A stretch of DNA of 64,000 nucleotides from Macrostomum lignano (lineage: Eukaryota). Below are positions 36,380-48,394 of this stretch, in pieces; position 1 is the first letter of the stretch; every line of letters begins with the position of its first letter. The translations under genes were made by a program, and so were the position numbers. The stretch covers positions 1 to 64,000 of the forward strand of contig NIVC01000575.1 in assembly GCA_002269645.1 (NCBI GenBank). Reading direction: 5' to 3'. Under the pieces are notes generated by a model. It had not been told where the DNA came from and did not search any database. It saw only the letters and a program-made list of their open reading frames with translations.

Positions 36380-36960
36380 CGTAGACAAATACCTGATGTC
36401 CAGCAGCGCTCTGGATGCGGCGGGCGACAGCAGGAAGCCGATACCTCCAGTTTCCTGGGGAGTGGCTGGGGCAGCCTTGAATTGCCAGCTTAGGCCAGAT
36501 CCACAGTCTCGTCAGGGTTCTGCCGCCGATGTTCTTGACCTGCCAGGATGGAGATGTTGAGGTCGGCCGCCAGCCTTGTCAGCTCCTGCAGTCTCCATGT
36601 CTGACTGAGAGTGCGGGCATTGAAGGTGGCGACCCGAATCTGCAATTGTTTTGAAGATGCGGCCGACTTGTCTTCTTGGGTGCGTGCCCATTGTGCGTGC
36701 ATTGCGGGAAGCCGAGTTGTGAGAAATCACTGGCCCTCGAGGCTCCGGCTTGGCAGGCCGCGAGTCCTGGTGGGTCCGACGAGCACTGGCGCGGAGCTTT
36801 TTGCAACGCGCATTAAAGAGCTGCCGGCGGCCCTTAGAGGCCTCCTGACTACGTCGTCCCCTGTAAGTCGCCAGCTTGGTTGCGCCGCGCTATCAGGCCT
36901 GATGGCGGCTCCGTTGGCACCTGGCCGATGCTCTGGCCGGAGATGGGCGGCGTACTTAAT
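36380..36960 (-). mobile_element. Non-LTR retrotransposon (RTE-like) 5' remnant: UTR + start of APE endonuclease
   Basis: IRVATFNARTL..LQELTRLAADLNISILAGQEHRR, then after a frameshift WQF..GGIGFLLSP..LLDIRYLS. Confidence 0.8.
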
Positions 36961-37280
36961 TCCTACGCGAAAATTCGCGCTAAAATCCTGGCAGCTGGCA
37001 ATTCTGGTTTTCTATTTGACATTCTATTTGAGACGAAGGATCCAAAACAGCACTGTTACTGACAAAAAATCAGATTATTCAAAACTTGAATCTTCGTTTT
37101 TGTATTGCTAAACGTAGTTAAGACACTGAAAGTAGTAACAGCAGTATATTTGTTACACAAATCAAGCACAATTTCCCAAGTATTTATTCACAGGGCACAT
37201 TAGAAATTTACAATGGAAATGAAAAACCCGAACACAGACATTTGTAGACTATCACGATATCTTAGTTTTGTATTTGCATG

Positions 37281-37751
37281 TTACATGTTAGGTGACTTCC
37301 GATGACCAGTGGGTCTAGTATCCTTGACTGTATCGGAGTCTGATTGGAGCCCAGCAGATGACAATCTTGTACGTTTTGAAAGTACTGCTTCCTCATTCAA
37401 CGTATCCTCCCGCTTTCTGTAGAGCTTATCCGACGAGATTTTGCACCTTTGATCCGGGTAATCCGACGTTCTCACGCGTTTTGTAGCTCTTTCACGTGTC
37501 TCTGGGTGATCTGGCCGTTTTTCAAGCCTACCTGGTCCTGTTTGAGAACTTCGGCAGTTTGAAACAATTGCAGAGCCCAGGGTGCGCCTCAGAAAAGTCT
37601 GATTGACAGTCAGGCGCGGTCGAATCCAACCGGACACTCCAGAAACTTCTGCGCAACATTTTCGACGCTCCGACTCTTTGCAGATGGCATCAATTGCCTC
37701 TTGTCTGCGTCTGCTTTGAGCTGCTTCTAACTGCTCCGATTTCTCTGTCAT
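37281..37751 (-). CDS. Small basic protein resembling vertebrate POLR1D isoform 2 (not the RNA polymerase subunit), 156 aa, single coding exon
   Basis: QEAIDAICKESERRKCCAEVSGVSGWIRPRLTVNQTFLRRTL resembles, from memory, KAIEELLKEAKRGKTRAETMGPMGW..TNKRFLINT of POLR1D isoform 2; K/R/S-rich low-complexity C-terminal half. Confidence 0.6.
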   Translation of the reverse strand: MTEKSEQLEAAQSRRRQEAIDAICKESERRKCCAEVSGVSGWIRPRLTVNQTFLRRTLGSAIVSNCRSSQTGPGRLEKRPDHPETRERATKRVRTSDYPDQRCKISSDKLYRKREDTLNEEAVLSKRTRLSSAGLQSDSDTVKDTRPTGHRKSPNM

Positions 37752-38089
37752 AGACGAGGCCTTTTATTGTATGGCTCTACAGAACAGGTGTAGCTCATCA
37801 ATGTTATTAACAAGTTAATGCAGTAAAATGGAATTATGACACAAGTAACTAAAACAAAGTAATTTTGTACATTAATATAGGATTTTACAGATGAATGAAA
37901 CATTCTTTTGCACTTCGATAGATGTTCATTCCTATAAACCCAATAGAATCTTAATTTCAATCTTATTATCTTGAAATTCTAGAAATTAAGATAAAAGAAT
38001 AGCTAAAATCTCAACCTTCTTTAATCTAAAAAATATTGATTTCATCCAATTCACAGATAATATCTAATTAGAGTGCTTACTCTACACTA

Positions 38090-39130
38090 TTACTATCCAT
38101 GTGCCCTATTGTGGTCACGGTCAAAGCACATTATAACCTTCATTCAACCATTGTAACCTTTGTGGGCTGCAAGCGCAGATGGAAGAACGCACATGGCTGG
38201 AGCACAACACGGAGGCAAGTGCAACTTAATCATGTGCTTGTGCACCTTCATGAGTGCCGCTGTGCCGTCAACTGCCACGACATCACGCCGCTGGCTCTAT
38301 GGTCCAATCATCGACTCCTTGTCTTCAATCTGTCTTTGCAATCTGATCTACCATCCAGCAGTGACCACTGGGATCTACCACGTGCTCAGGAATGCTAACA
38401 CATACACAAGCTTTTTTGCTAGTGCTTTCATCAATGCACTTGGTGGTAAGTGTGGAGGTGCCTGAGGAGACTGAGTGTGGAGCTACCACAGAATGGACAG
38501 TCCCACTGATGCGACAACCCAATGTGGGCAATTGATATAGCAGAATAACCCCGCAATTCAACAAGCGAGAGAAGAACTCAAGAGGCTACACTAAAGCAGG
38601 CAACCAACCCACAAAGCAGAGAAAGCCTTGGCAGCTGTCTATCTGTAGCGCGAGTAGGCTGCTTTTGACAATGCCATTTGGACCATTGCTGCCACTATGT
38701 GATGCCAGGGATTGCAGGCATAGTCCACCATCAACGCTCTGATCTAGGGCAAAAGTGGCGCTTTCTGCTAAACCTGGCAGGCAACTCTGTGGACAAGCAC
38801 AGGAATGAGCTGCATAAGTTTTTCACCACCATAGCAACGTATCACCACCCCCGCTGCTAGACAATATGACGCTGCCCCCACAGATGCCATTGCCAGAACA
38901 GGAGAGTTTCAGCGTTGCACCAGTGAGGCTCACCCAACAGTCAGTGGGTGGGAAAGCATTTGGGTCATTCAGGCATAGCGCATACACTGTGTGACCAATA
39001 ATGTCACCAGTGATAAATTGCATGCTTTTGGCAAGGAGGCCAACAAATGGACCATGGTAAACATTATTGGTTAGAGGAGCACCAAGGCCTCTGCCTTCAG
39101 TCCTTCTCTCCGAAGCTCTTCCTACTTAAA
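38090..39130 (+). mobile_element. Decayed non-LTR retrotransposon fragment (end of endonuclease to start of RT)
   Basis: WSTTRRQVQLNHVLV..VNCHDI..WSNHRLLVFNLSL resembles the APE C-terminal Q.DH.L/SDHRLL motifs; many stops and frameshifts downstream. Confidence 0.6.
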
Positions 39131-41256
39131 AAATGCTAAGAAAGCACGATTCTTTTCACTAAATTCTTTATAGCGTCGCTCTACTTTTACCAATTCTCTT
39201 CAAATATGACAAAAACAATCTTCAACCACTTTGACACAATCATATAAAATTTCGAGTCTCAGAGTTAATCCTGAACGGCACTGTGCACTTTTAAAGTTAG
39301 GCTGTTTTTGTAAGCAAGGCAGCTAGCTACCCTAACCTCCGCCTCTCTTTCCTTCCCTTATCTGGCAAGATGTGGAAAAGGGGTTTTAAAATTGACTAAC
39401 TTTTGGCTGCCATAAGTTTGCTCCACGTAAAGCGATTGACTTCAAACTTGACACAATTATTTATTGACTTATTCTCAGTCTAATTATTGTAAATTCTCAA
39501 TTCTGTAACTCAATCAGAACAGAAACTGTAAGCATGTGAAGCTTGTCTGCTTTTTCTGTTGTTTGCGCCGCTCACCCTACTCATTACTTTAGATCAAGGG
39601 TCAGCCAATAGGGCAGAGTGTACATACCTGCAGAGTACATACATGCAGAGTATTTTAGAATAACTTTTTTACTCTGCAGTTTACCAGTGGATGAGGGAGA
39701 TGGCAGTCAATAAGACTGGCAATGCGGCATAGTTTTTAAAAGGGAAAAATATGAAAAAGAGGTGCAATACAACTCTACTAAATTAGTCCTACCATTGATA
39801 TTTAAACAAAGTTTTACTTAAAGGCACTTTAAAATGCTTTCAAAAGAGTGAAACAGGTTGTTGGACTGCTTCACTGCAATAGAGCTAAAGATAGACAAAT
39901 ACCTCTTAGCCCTGACTGTCCATAAGAGTATTATGTGCTTGATCAGCCATACTTGTGGCTTTCTTTTGAGTGAGAATAGAAGCACTATGCAGTGTGTATT
40001 TCTATGGCTAAGGGTATGCAAACAAATGCATGCTGCTTACAGCAGGAAGCACTTATAGAAATTGGACTTTTGTGGCATTAAAGCTAAAATAAGCTGCTAA
40101 CTTTTAAGGTATATGATTTTTTTAACACGCATTAATACTTGTGGAAACAAGTAAAAGTAACACTACTTCTGGGACACCCCTTGTACCATGGTACTAATTT
40201 GAATATAATATATAAATCTGTACATATGCTAAAAATTTCCTTAATAAAACTAATCTAAAAACCATATAGATACTCTATAAAATGGTTAATCATATAGGGC
40301 CTAATGTAATGCCTAAATAAACTTTGATCCTAAGGTAATGATAAGTATAAAGTTACAATATATAAGATCATAAGAATACATTGTCATAGTTGACCTAACT
40401 TTAGAGTCATTTTTATTTTAAGTTATAAAAAAGCTTTTCTTTTTTAGATTTTAAACAATATGGATTTTTTGGATTTTTTAATTTAAATTTGGCCTAAGAA
40501 CTTTAAACTTTTTATGACTGTGCTTATTAGAACTACTTGCTTAAAATCATACATGTGAAACCTTGGAAATCAGCCAGCTGTTTCTATTTGCAACAAACAT
40601 ATGTATGTCACTATTGGTTAAGAGCAGTTGTGTGACTACTATTTTGTTCAATATTAATAGTGACTTACATGTCCTGCCCTATTTGAATAAGTGTAAAAAA
40701 CCTATAAACATATAACATAGGGTCTAAAATTGTAGTTCTAAAATACAATATAACACAAAACATATTAACTTTCATACTAAATGCAAGTGTAATACTAATT
40801 AGATAATGAGGCATATAGCCTTAATAAGATAGTTATAATTATGCTTGCCATTTACCCAAAAACTGTACCATGCTACAATACCACCTGCTATGACTCTAGC
40901 CACAATGCGACTACTAGAAAATTCCAAAATTGCGACAAATGGTTAGACACATTTTGTCCATATATTCCAATAGGGCATATGTGTTGCCAATAAAATGCTC
41001 AAGTGATTCCTGAAATTGTGCTTATAGATACTATAATATCTTAGTTATTATGGTATCTAGGTCTATGGTTGTTCGTGCCTAAGCCTAAGCATGCTTGAAA
41101 TGCTACTTGGCTATTTAGCTTAAGCCTAATATTGAATCAAGGGGATTCAAGGATTTCTAGAAAAGAAATGCTTATCCCCACAGTCCCATGCCAATAATTT
41201 CAATTTTATCCATACAGATCCATGTTGATAATTTTTAGCTTATCCCCATGGCAGCT

Positions 41257-41530
41257 CATACATGCGCAACCCCCCTGATTTACACTGGCCATGCGACTTA
41301 CTTTTTGACCAAAAATGCGACTTACCAAGTTACCTGTAAAAGAAACCTAACGCAATTTTGGGTAAACGGCAGGAGTATTCTATGACTGTCTTATAAGGGC
41401 TAAATGCCTCGTCATTTAATTAGTACTACCTCTGTATTTTTTAGGCTGGGCATTTTTGCGACTTACCCCTGGTCCACAACAATTTACGGTGGCCAGATCG
41501 GCCAGGTCGGCCAGCAGTTGCGCATGTATG
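41257..41530. mobile_element. hAT MITE, 274 bp, 14-bp perfect TIR catacatgcgcaac, 8-bp TSD tggcagct
   Basis: TIRs at 41257-41270 and 41517-41530; TSD on both sides; the empty site ccccatggcagcttattg is present in the sister copy at ~46257. Confidence 0.9.
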
Positions 41531-41636
41531 TGGCAGCTTATTGGAATAAATAACATTAAAATGAATTGGTTCAAAAACCATCTTTTTGTTTTCACTGTTT
41601 TACAAATCTTCCAAATAAACTACATGTACTGAATAC

Positions 41637-42311
41637 CAGTGATGGGCACCATTAAAATTATTTTGAACGCCACTAATTAGCACTGTCACTAACTAATAGA
41701 AAAAAATAATTAGCAATACCTTCTTATACTCAAGAAGGATAGCGAGATTATTAGCTTGAAATGGTGGTATAGGATTTATTAACCCCACTATCACCCTGTT
41801 GATATAGCCTGTTGCTTCGCATCATTGCTTAGAATATCAACTGAGTTAAACGTTGAATTCTTTGATTAAATTTTTAAATTAAATTAAATTAATCAACAAC
41901 TTTTTGCTAAGAAATTAAAAGTAGTAAGAAAACTTTTAAAAGTCAATAACAAAAACAAGATCAATTGTTGATAATGAAAGCAAAAAAAAGAAATTCAAAT
42001 TTTGTTTAGCATTTCTAAGAAAATTAGAAACATTAGATTTAATATAGGTAGATTTATGTAATCTTTAACTTATTACTTAAATAGGGTCTCATTTTAAGTA
42101 TTAAACAGTCATTAGGCCTAACCATTTAGTTTTATAACAAAAAATGACTTTAGCACAATTAGCAATTTTCAAAAAATATTAGTGGTGCTTTGAAAGCGCC
42201 AAGCGCACTAATTGGAATTTCAATTTAGCAAAATTAGTGGCACTAACAAAATGTTAGCAATGCTTTAGCAGAATTCAAATTTAGCAGCGCTAGTGCCCAT
42301 GCTCATCATTG
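41637..42311. mobile_element. hAT-like MITE, ~675 bp, TIR cagtgatgggcac (right copy imperfect), 8-bp TSD (c/t)tgaatac
   Basis: ctgaatac at 41629-41636 and ttgaatac at 42312-42319; the sister copy lacks the insert. Confidence 0.72.
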
Positions 42312-42925
42312 TTGAATACTGAATGATATTGCATACTTTGTCAGTCTTTGTTAAAAACCTTTTGACATTAAAAAGGGTTAGGGGCCTAATTTTTAATATT
42401 TGCTTAGCTGCTGGATTTGTTTAGAATGAACAAACAACCCAAAGATTAGGGTGAATGAGACTTGCAAAATTTGAAATTTAATATATATTAATAGGCCTAA
42501 TGATAATATTAAAAATAATAATGACAATATCAATTTAATGTCAGTACACAAAACTAAACACAAACAATCTGCATAATCTTAGCGGCTTAGCCATGGGATA
42601 AGCTGGAAATTATTGACACAGATCCATATGGAATATGGATAAAATTGGAATTGTTAGCACGGGACTATGGGAATGGGGATAAGCACTTCTTTTTAGAAAT
42701 AGGGAAAAAAGAAAGGCAAGCTTGTATTTTAGCTAAATCTAAATGTACTTAATGCTATTGCTAAATCTCTTATTTCATATTTATAGGCCTTAAGCCTAAT
42801 GGCTAAGGCTTGTTATTATTATTAAGTTAATTCAAGACACAAAGTCACTTAAAAATATGTTTTTAAGTTTTTAAGATAGTCATTCCCCAAGGGCAAGGCT
42901 ATTTGCCACTATGTTTGCCATAATA

Positions 42926-44554
42926 ATGTGAGGGTTTCACCATAGATATTCAGACAAACATTCAAAACGATTGTCTGTAACTTTAAACAAAATTGACCCG
43001 CTTCAATCATCTTTTTGGCAAATATTTACGCAAGTGTTGGGCGTCGAATAAGCTTTAATTTATTAACTGAAGTAAAAAACCTTCTGACATACATTGATTT
43101 TAAAATTGCTTAGCAACACTCTGATTAGACATTGCTTTACCATTGACTGAAATTGTTTTGATCGTAGCAGCCTAAAAGCAGATACTGGATTAAAAAATGC
43201 TTTGATTTACTCTTTACGCATGTCTCAGCTTTAAAATGACACGTCAGGCGTCGCAAAAGACAGCTTTGATGCTGAGATATTCGACACTAAACATTGCTTT
43301 GCGCGAACTCATATTCAGAAATTTCACTGATTTTTATCGATATTTGTGCAGCTGCCATGTCCTTGTTTTTCATTAGAATCTCATCAAATTCTAGTCATGT
43401 CCAGTTTAAACCTGGACTTCTGTTAAACTGTCTTCAGTTTTTGATTTTTAAAGATTCCTGCCTTTATCTTGCATAGATTCTACCTGAGTCAGTGAGTCAG
43501 TGAGAGTACATTCGTACATATGGAGACCAATCATGACTTTTTTACCGCTTTGCAGTTCAAATATATATATGAGCATACAAGAAACATGTTCCAACTGTTA
43601 TTGAGAGAAATTGATGTTGCTTTTATTAACAGTCAATGGCAATTAATATGAAGCAAATAGTTTATTTGTTATGTTTTTACTTTTTTTTGCTTGGCTTCTG
43701 CTATCCAAATTGGAATGAGGTAAGCGGTGGGAATAAAAAGGAAGAATTTTTTTGACTCTTGTTGCAACCCAATAGCTATGTACTTCATACTTTTTAGATT
43801 GAACAGGCGATTTCTAATGTACTGCTAAGCTTTCCAATCCCTACAGACTATTGTAGCAGTTCTCAACTTTATTTCTGTCTTGACTTCTAGACTTGGAATA
43901 CGGAACAACCTAAGGAACCGCATGAAAATATTTAATTGGATAAAGATGTTTTCTAAAAACAGCTCAAGTCGTGACGCATCTTCTTCTCACCTCAGTCCAT
44001 CAACTGCTGCTCCTTCTGAGACCGAAGCAAGTGACATTGAAATAGATCAGTTTAGATCCCATGGCCATGAATACAACCATTTCAATTGTGAACCTGCTTT
44101 GCTTACGAGTACGAGCACTAGCCTTCCATTTGATACCATTAGCTCACTTAACTCTGAAATAGTTCAAGGACGGTTTCAAATGTTGAGATTTAGTGTCGAA
44201 TATCTCAGCATCAAAGCTGTCTTTTGCGACACCTGACGTGTCATTTTAAAGCTGAGACATGTGTAAAGAGTAAATCAAAGCATTTTTTAATCCAGTATCT
44301 GCTTTTAGGCTGCTACGATCAAAACAATTTCAGTCAATGGTAAAGCAATGTCTAATCAGAGTGTTGCTAAGCAATTTTAAAATCAATGTATGTCAGAAGG
44401 ATTTTTACTTCAGTTAATAAATTAAAGCTTATTCGACGTCCAACACTTGCGTAAATATTTACCAAAAAGATGGTTGAAGCGGGTCAATTTTGTTTAAAGT
44501 TACAGACGATCGTTTTGAATGTCTGTCTGAATATCTGTCGTGAAACCCTCACAT
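42926..44554. mobile_element. Non-autonomous Mutator/foldback-like element, 1629 bp, 366-bp TIRs, 9-bp TSD gccataata
   Basis: 42926-43291 is the reverse complement of 44189-44554 with about 10 mismatches by eye; exact TSD at 42917-42925 and 44555-44563. Confidence 0.92.
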
Positions 44555-45666
44555 GCCATAATATCATGTACTAGGTCTACAACTATACCATGGAATAACA
44601 ATAATATTTAATAAATAAGACCTTAAAGCTAAATGCAACAGCTATTGTAGGCCCCTACTAATAGTAATAGGCCCTACTCCTATGACTGTACCTACCTGCT
44701 ACCTAAAGGCTAACTGGCTAAAGCTATAGGCCTAGCTACATACTACAGAACAGACGTAGACAACCACGATGTATGTACGGACGAAAGGAGCTTTGATATT
44801 CATAATCTAGGCCATATCCAATGCAATGGAGGCTTAAAGTTAAACATTATAAATAACAATAAGTAGTCGGCCTTTAAATAATTAATAAAAGAACTTCAAG
44901 TTAAAAAACCTTTTAACAGGGAGGCTTTCATATTACCGATTCCAGAATCAGAATCGGTTCGGATCTTCCAAGAAAAACAGCAGTATAACTATTTAATTCT
45001 GTTAAATGTTTGATTGCCTCAACAGCCCCACTTTGCACAATTTTTCACTTTCTTCGATCTTGGCGATTGTCATTCAATAATAAAAACTTTATAGCACGTA
45101 TCTCCATCTAGTTATGGAGACAAAAAGTTATACTTCACAAATTGGTTCTGGTTCTGGAACCAGAACAAGCAATATGAAAAGGCCCCGGTTTAAAAAACGG
45201 TGAACTTTGTGTTTAAGAAAGTAAAACAAAATATTCTTTGCTAAGAAAATAAAATATAATAATTTTACTAAAAAGCTCTTTCTAGGATTAAAAAAAGTAC
45301 TAAGTCAATTATTATTGCCTTTATGTAAACATTTTTTTAACAGATCCTTAAGTTTGCTCTGCGATATTTAAATTCAGTTTTTTCAGCTTTTTAAAGCTAT
45401 AATGCTGTAAGCTAATTAATGCTCATATAATAAGTTATTTTAAGCCATTTAAGCTACTCGAACGCACCCTTTAAATTTACTGCATAAAAATATATATTTT
45501 ATTAATTTATTATGACATGATCATGGACTCCTGACGTACGTACGCAGTGCAACAAACAACTAGGCCTATCTCTTTATCAACGACATGATCAAAGCTTATC
45601 AACTTTGAATTTTGAATACTGCCAGGGTACTGGGTAATGCATAAACTCGAGTAAAATTGATATATC

Positions 45667-45856
45667 CAGGGGCGTAGGGGAGGGGGGATAGGGGGGGGAT
45701 GTATCCCCCCGAAGAGCCTGACCAAAACTTTTTTGTTGCCCTTGTTGCTATATGCTACCATGTGACTCTTTCATAGCACTTTTACCTTAGTGTATCCCCC
45801 CGTAGAAAATTCACCTTGGTGTATCCCCCTGTAGGAAATTCCTGGCTACGCCCCTG
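45667..45856. mobile_element. hAT MITE, 190 bp, TIR caggggcgtag, 8-bp TSD gatatatc
   Basis: caggggcgtag ... ctacgcccctg; TSD at 45659-45666 and 45857-45864. Confidence 0.9.
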
Positions 45857-46174
45857 GATATATCTAGACTATTATTTTGGTAGTGTCGTGAAGGTTACTT
45901 TTTAGAAATGCTTTAAGCCTCTTATTAAGCCTCCTAATTACATAATTTAAGACGAATTTAGGATTCTATCAAAACTGCAAATAATTTATCAACCTAAACT
46001 TGAACAAATCCTGTGCTAGTAACAAATGCATAATATACCCAAGTGTTAGCAAATTTAATACAATCAATAATTTAATTTAGCAGACCATCATTGTATTTGT
46101 AATTTTTGTAACTGTTGTTCTTTTTAATGCTTTAAACTTTTCAGGTTTAAAATAGTGGCAATGCATTTTTAATA

Positions 46175-46889
46175 GGAAGTGCTTATCCTCATGGTCCCAT
46201 GCCGATAATTCCAATTTTATCTACATGGATCTGTGTCAAATAATTTCCAGCTTATCCCCATGGCAGCTTATTGAAATAGCTGCTAACATTTAAGTCTATA
46301 GGCTATGTCAATAATTCCAATTTTATTCATATGGATCCGTGTCAATAATTTTCAGCTTATCCCCATGGCTAAGATTGTGCAGTTGTTTGTGTTTAGTTTT
46401 GTGTACTGATGTTAAATTGATATTATTATTATTATTATTATTATTATTCAAATTCAAATATATTACACTTTGAATTTTGCTAGTCTTATTTGCCTCAATA
46501 TTAGGGTTGTTCGGTCATTCTAAGTGAAGCCGGCAGCTAAGCAAATATTAAATTAACCCTTTTAAGGATGAAAAAGTTTTAACAAAGTACTAGATACTAT
46601 TTAGTATTCAGTAGTTTATATGGAAGATTTGTAAAACAGTGAAAGAAATAGACGGTTTTTGAACAGATTCATTTTAAGATTCTCTATTTCAATAAGCTGC
46701 CCTAGGGATAAGCTGGAAATTATCAACATGGATCCATGTGGATAAAATACAAATTATTGACATATCCTATAGACTTGAATAGTGGCTATTTCAATAAGCT
46801 GTTGTGGGGATAAGCTGGAAATTATCGACATGGATCCATGTCAATAAAATTGGAATTATTGGCATAGGACTATGAGGATAAACACTTCC
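46175..46889 (+). mobile_element. Mutator-like MITE, 715 bp, ~195-bp internally duplicated TIRs, 9-bp TSD tttttaata
   Basis: ggaagtg..ttatcc at both ends; exact TSD at 46166-46174 and 46890-46898. Confidence 0.88.
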
Positions 46890-47057
46890 TTTTTAATAAT
46901 ATCAAGTTAATAAGACAGAAAGCAAGAAATAGATTTTTGGAGGAATATTTGTATCTTGTCTAGAATATTTTAAAAGCTTTAAAATTTTACTATTTGCCTT
47001 AGTTATGATTGGGAGTTAAAGAATATTTCTAATATAAAAGTTAATATAGATAATATG

Positions 47058-47457
47058 TAGAGGTCGGATGGGATTAACATCTTCGGCAGGATTGGGATTG
47101 GGAATATTTTTTTCTTGGGATCAGGATCAAGATTGGGAATTGGGATCAGGTCTTTTAGTGTATTGTAGTTTGTAGGTCCATATAAAGTTAAACAAAATTT
47201 AGCAAAAAATGTCAAGATCAAAAGATCAAGATCAAAACACAACAAAATTGATGCAAAGTCTTGCAACAAACAAAGTAATAATTAATGAATACAAGTTAAA
47301 ACAAAATATATTTAAGTAATCACTAATTCTATAAACTTTTGATCAAAAGACCTGTTCCCAATTCTTATGTTTTTTAAGGTCAGGATCCTCGTCCTGCAGG
47401 AATACAATTTTCCTCGGGATCCCAGGATTTTGGGACCAGGATCCTATCCAACCTCTA
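47058..47457. mobile_element. hAT MITE, 400 bp, TIR tagaggt(c/t)ggat, 8-bp TSD ataatatg
   Basis: tagaggtcggatggga versus tcctatccaacctcta; TSD at 47050-47057 and 47458-47465. Confidence 0.85.
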
Positions 47458-48394
47458 ATAATATGCCTTATACAATCATACCTACCTAGTCTAGGCCCTA
47501 GGTTGTCTTATTTTTTAGCTATTTATCATCTTAATATATTATCTATATATCCATAGCTAGTTATTTTATTTTACCTCCTACAATTTTCTTGCTATAGTTT
47601 CAAAGTGCAATTAACTAGCAACAATTGTGGAGAAATAGATAGGGCATTCAGACTTCTGGTCACTCAATGCCTATTAAATAATAACTAAATTGCATTTTTT
47701 CTTTTTTTCTCATCTCTTTTTTTCTTTCTAGATTTCTGCCACATCTAAAAATTTCCTATATCTGTATCCATATCTATATAAAAAAGTTCCTGTAGCCTTA
47801 TCTATGTCTATATCCAATATACTAAAAATGAAAATCTTGCTTGTTTGTTTGTTTGTACGCAATCGATTAGAGAAAAAATGGCTGGACCGATTTTCATGAG
47901 ACTTGCACTGTTTGATCAGAAATTTTCCCGTGACGGTACATGCATCGTGGCTAAGAAATTGCTCGATGCTAAAGGCATTAAATATTCGAAAAACATGCTT
48001 TTTTGCAAAGGTCAAGCAAACTTTTCGACTTGAAATGCATTGTAAGAATGCTAGAGAAAAAACTGACTGGTTGATTCTGATTCTGAAATAGATTGCATCA
48101 TAACTGAATTGTAACTCCGACTTGAATTGAAAATGCAGTGTGGAAGCGTAGCACCAGACTTGATTTAAATTGCGTAACCATATGATTATGTCATAACTGC
48201 TTCGTGTGATTTACTCTATGCTTGGAGTTTTGAAACTTATAATTATATTATAGAAGTGCTAAAATTCATGTTATCAAAACGATGAGAGCTAGCCTAGAGG
48301 TAAACAGACTGACTGCTAAATGCAGGGACGATGGTTCAAATTTTTAGAGAGTTTTTTAAATTAAAGTTTTTTAACGCCAAAAAAACTAAAAAAT

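Larger units (their letters stand above)
41164..42690 (-). mobile_element. Mutator-like MITE (copy of 46175-46889, opposite orientation) carrying two nested hAT insertions; 9-bp TSD tt(c/t)tagaaa
   Basis: Ends match the 46175 element; internal 42350-42590 and 41530-41620 are reverse complements of 46360-46700; flanks 41155-41163 and 42691-42699. Confidence 0.8.
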
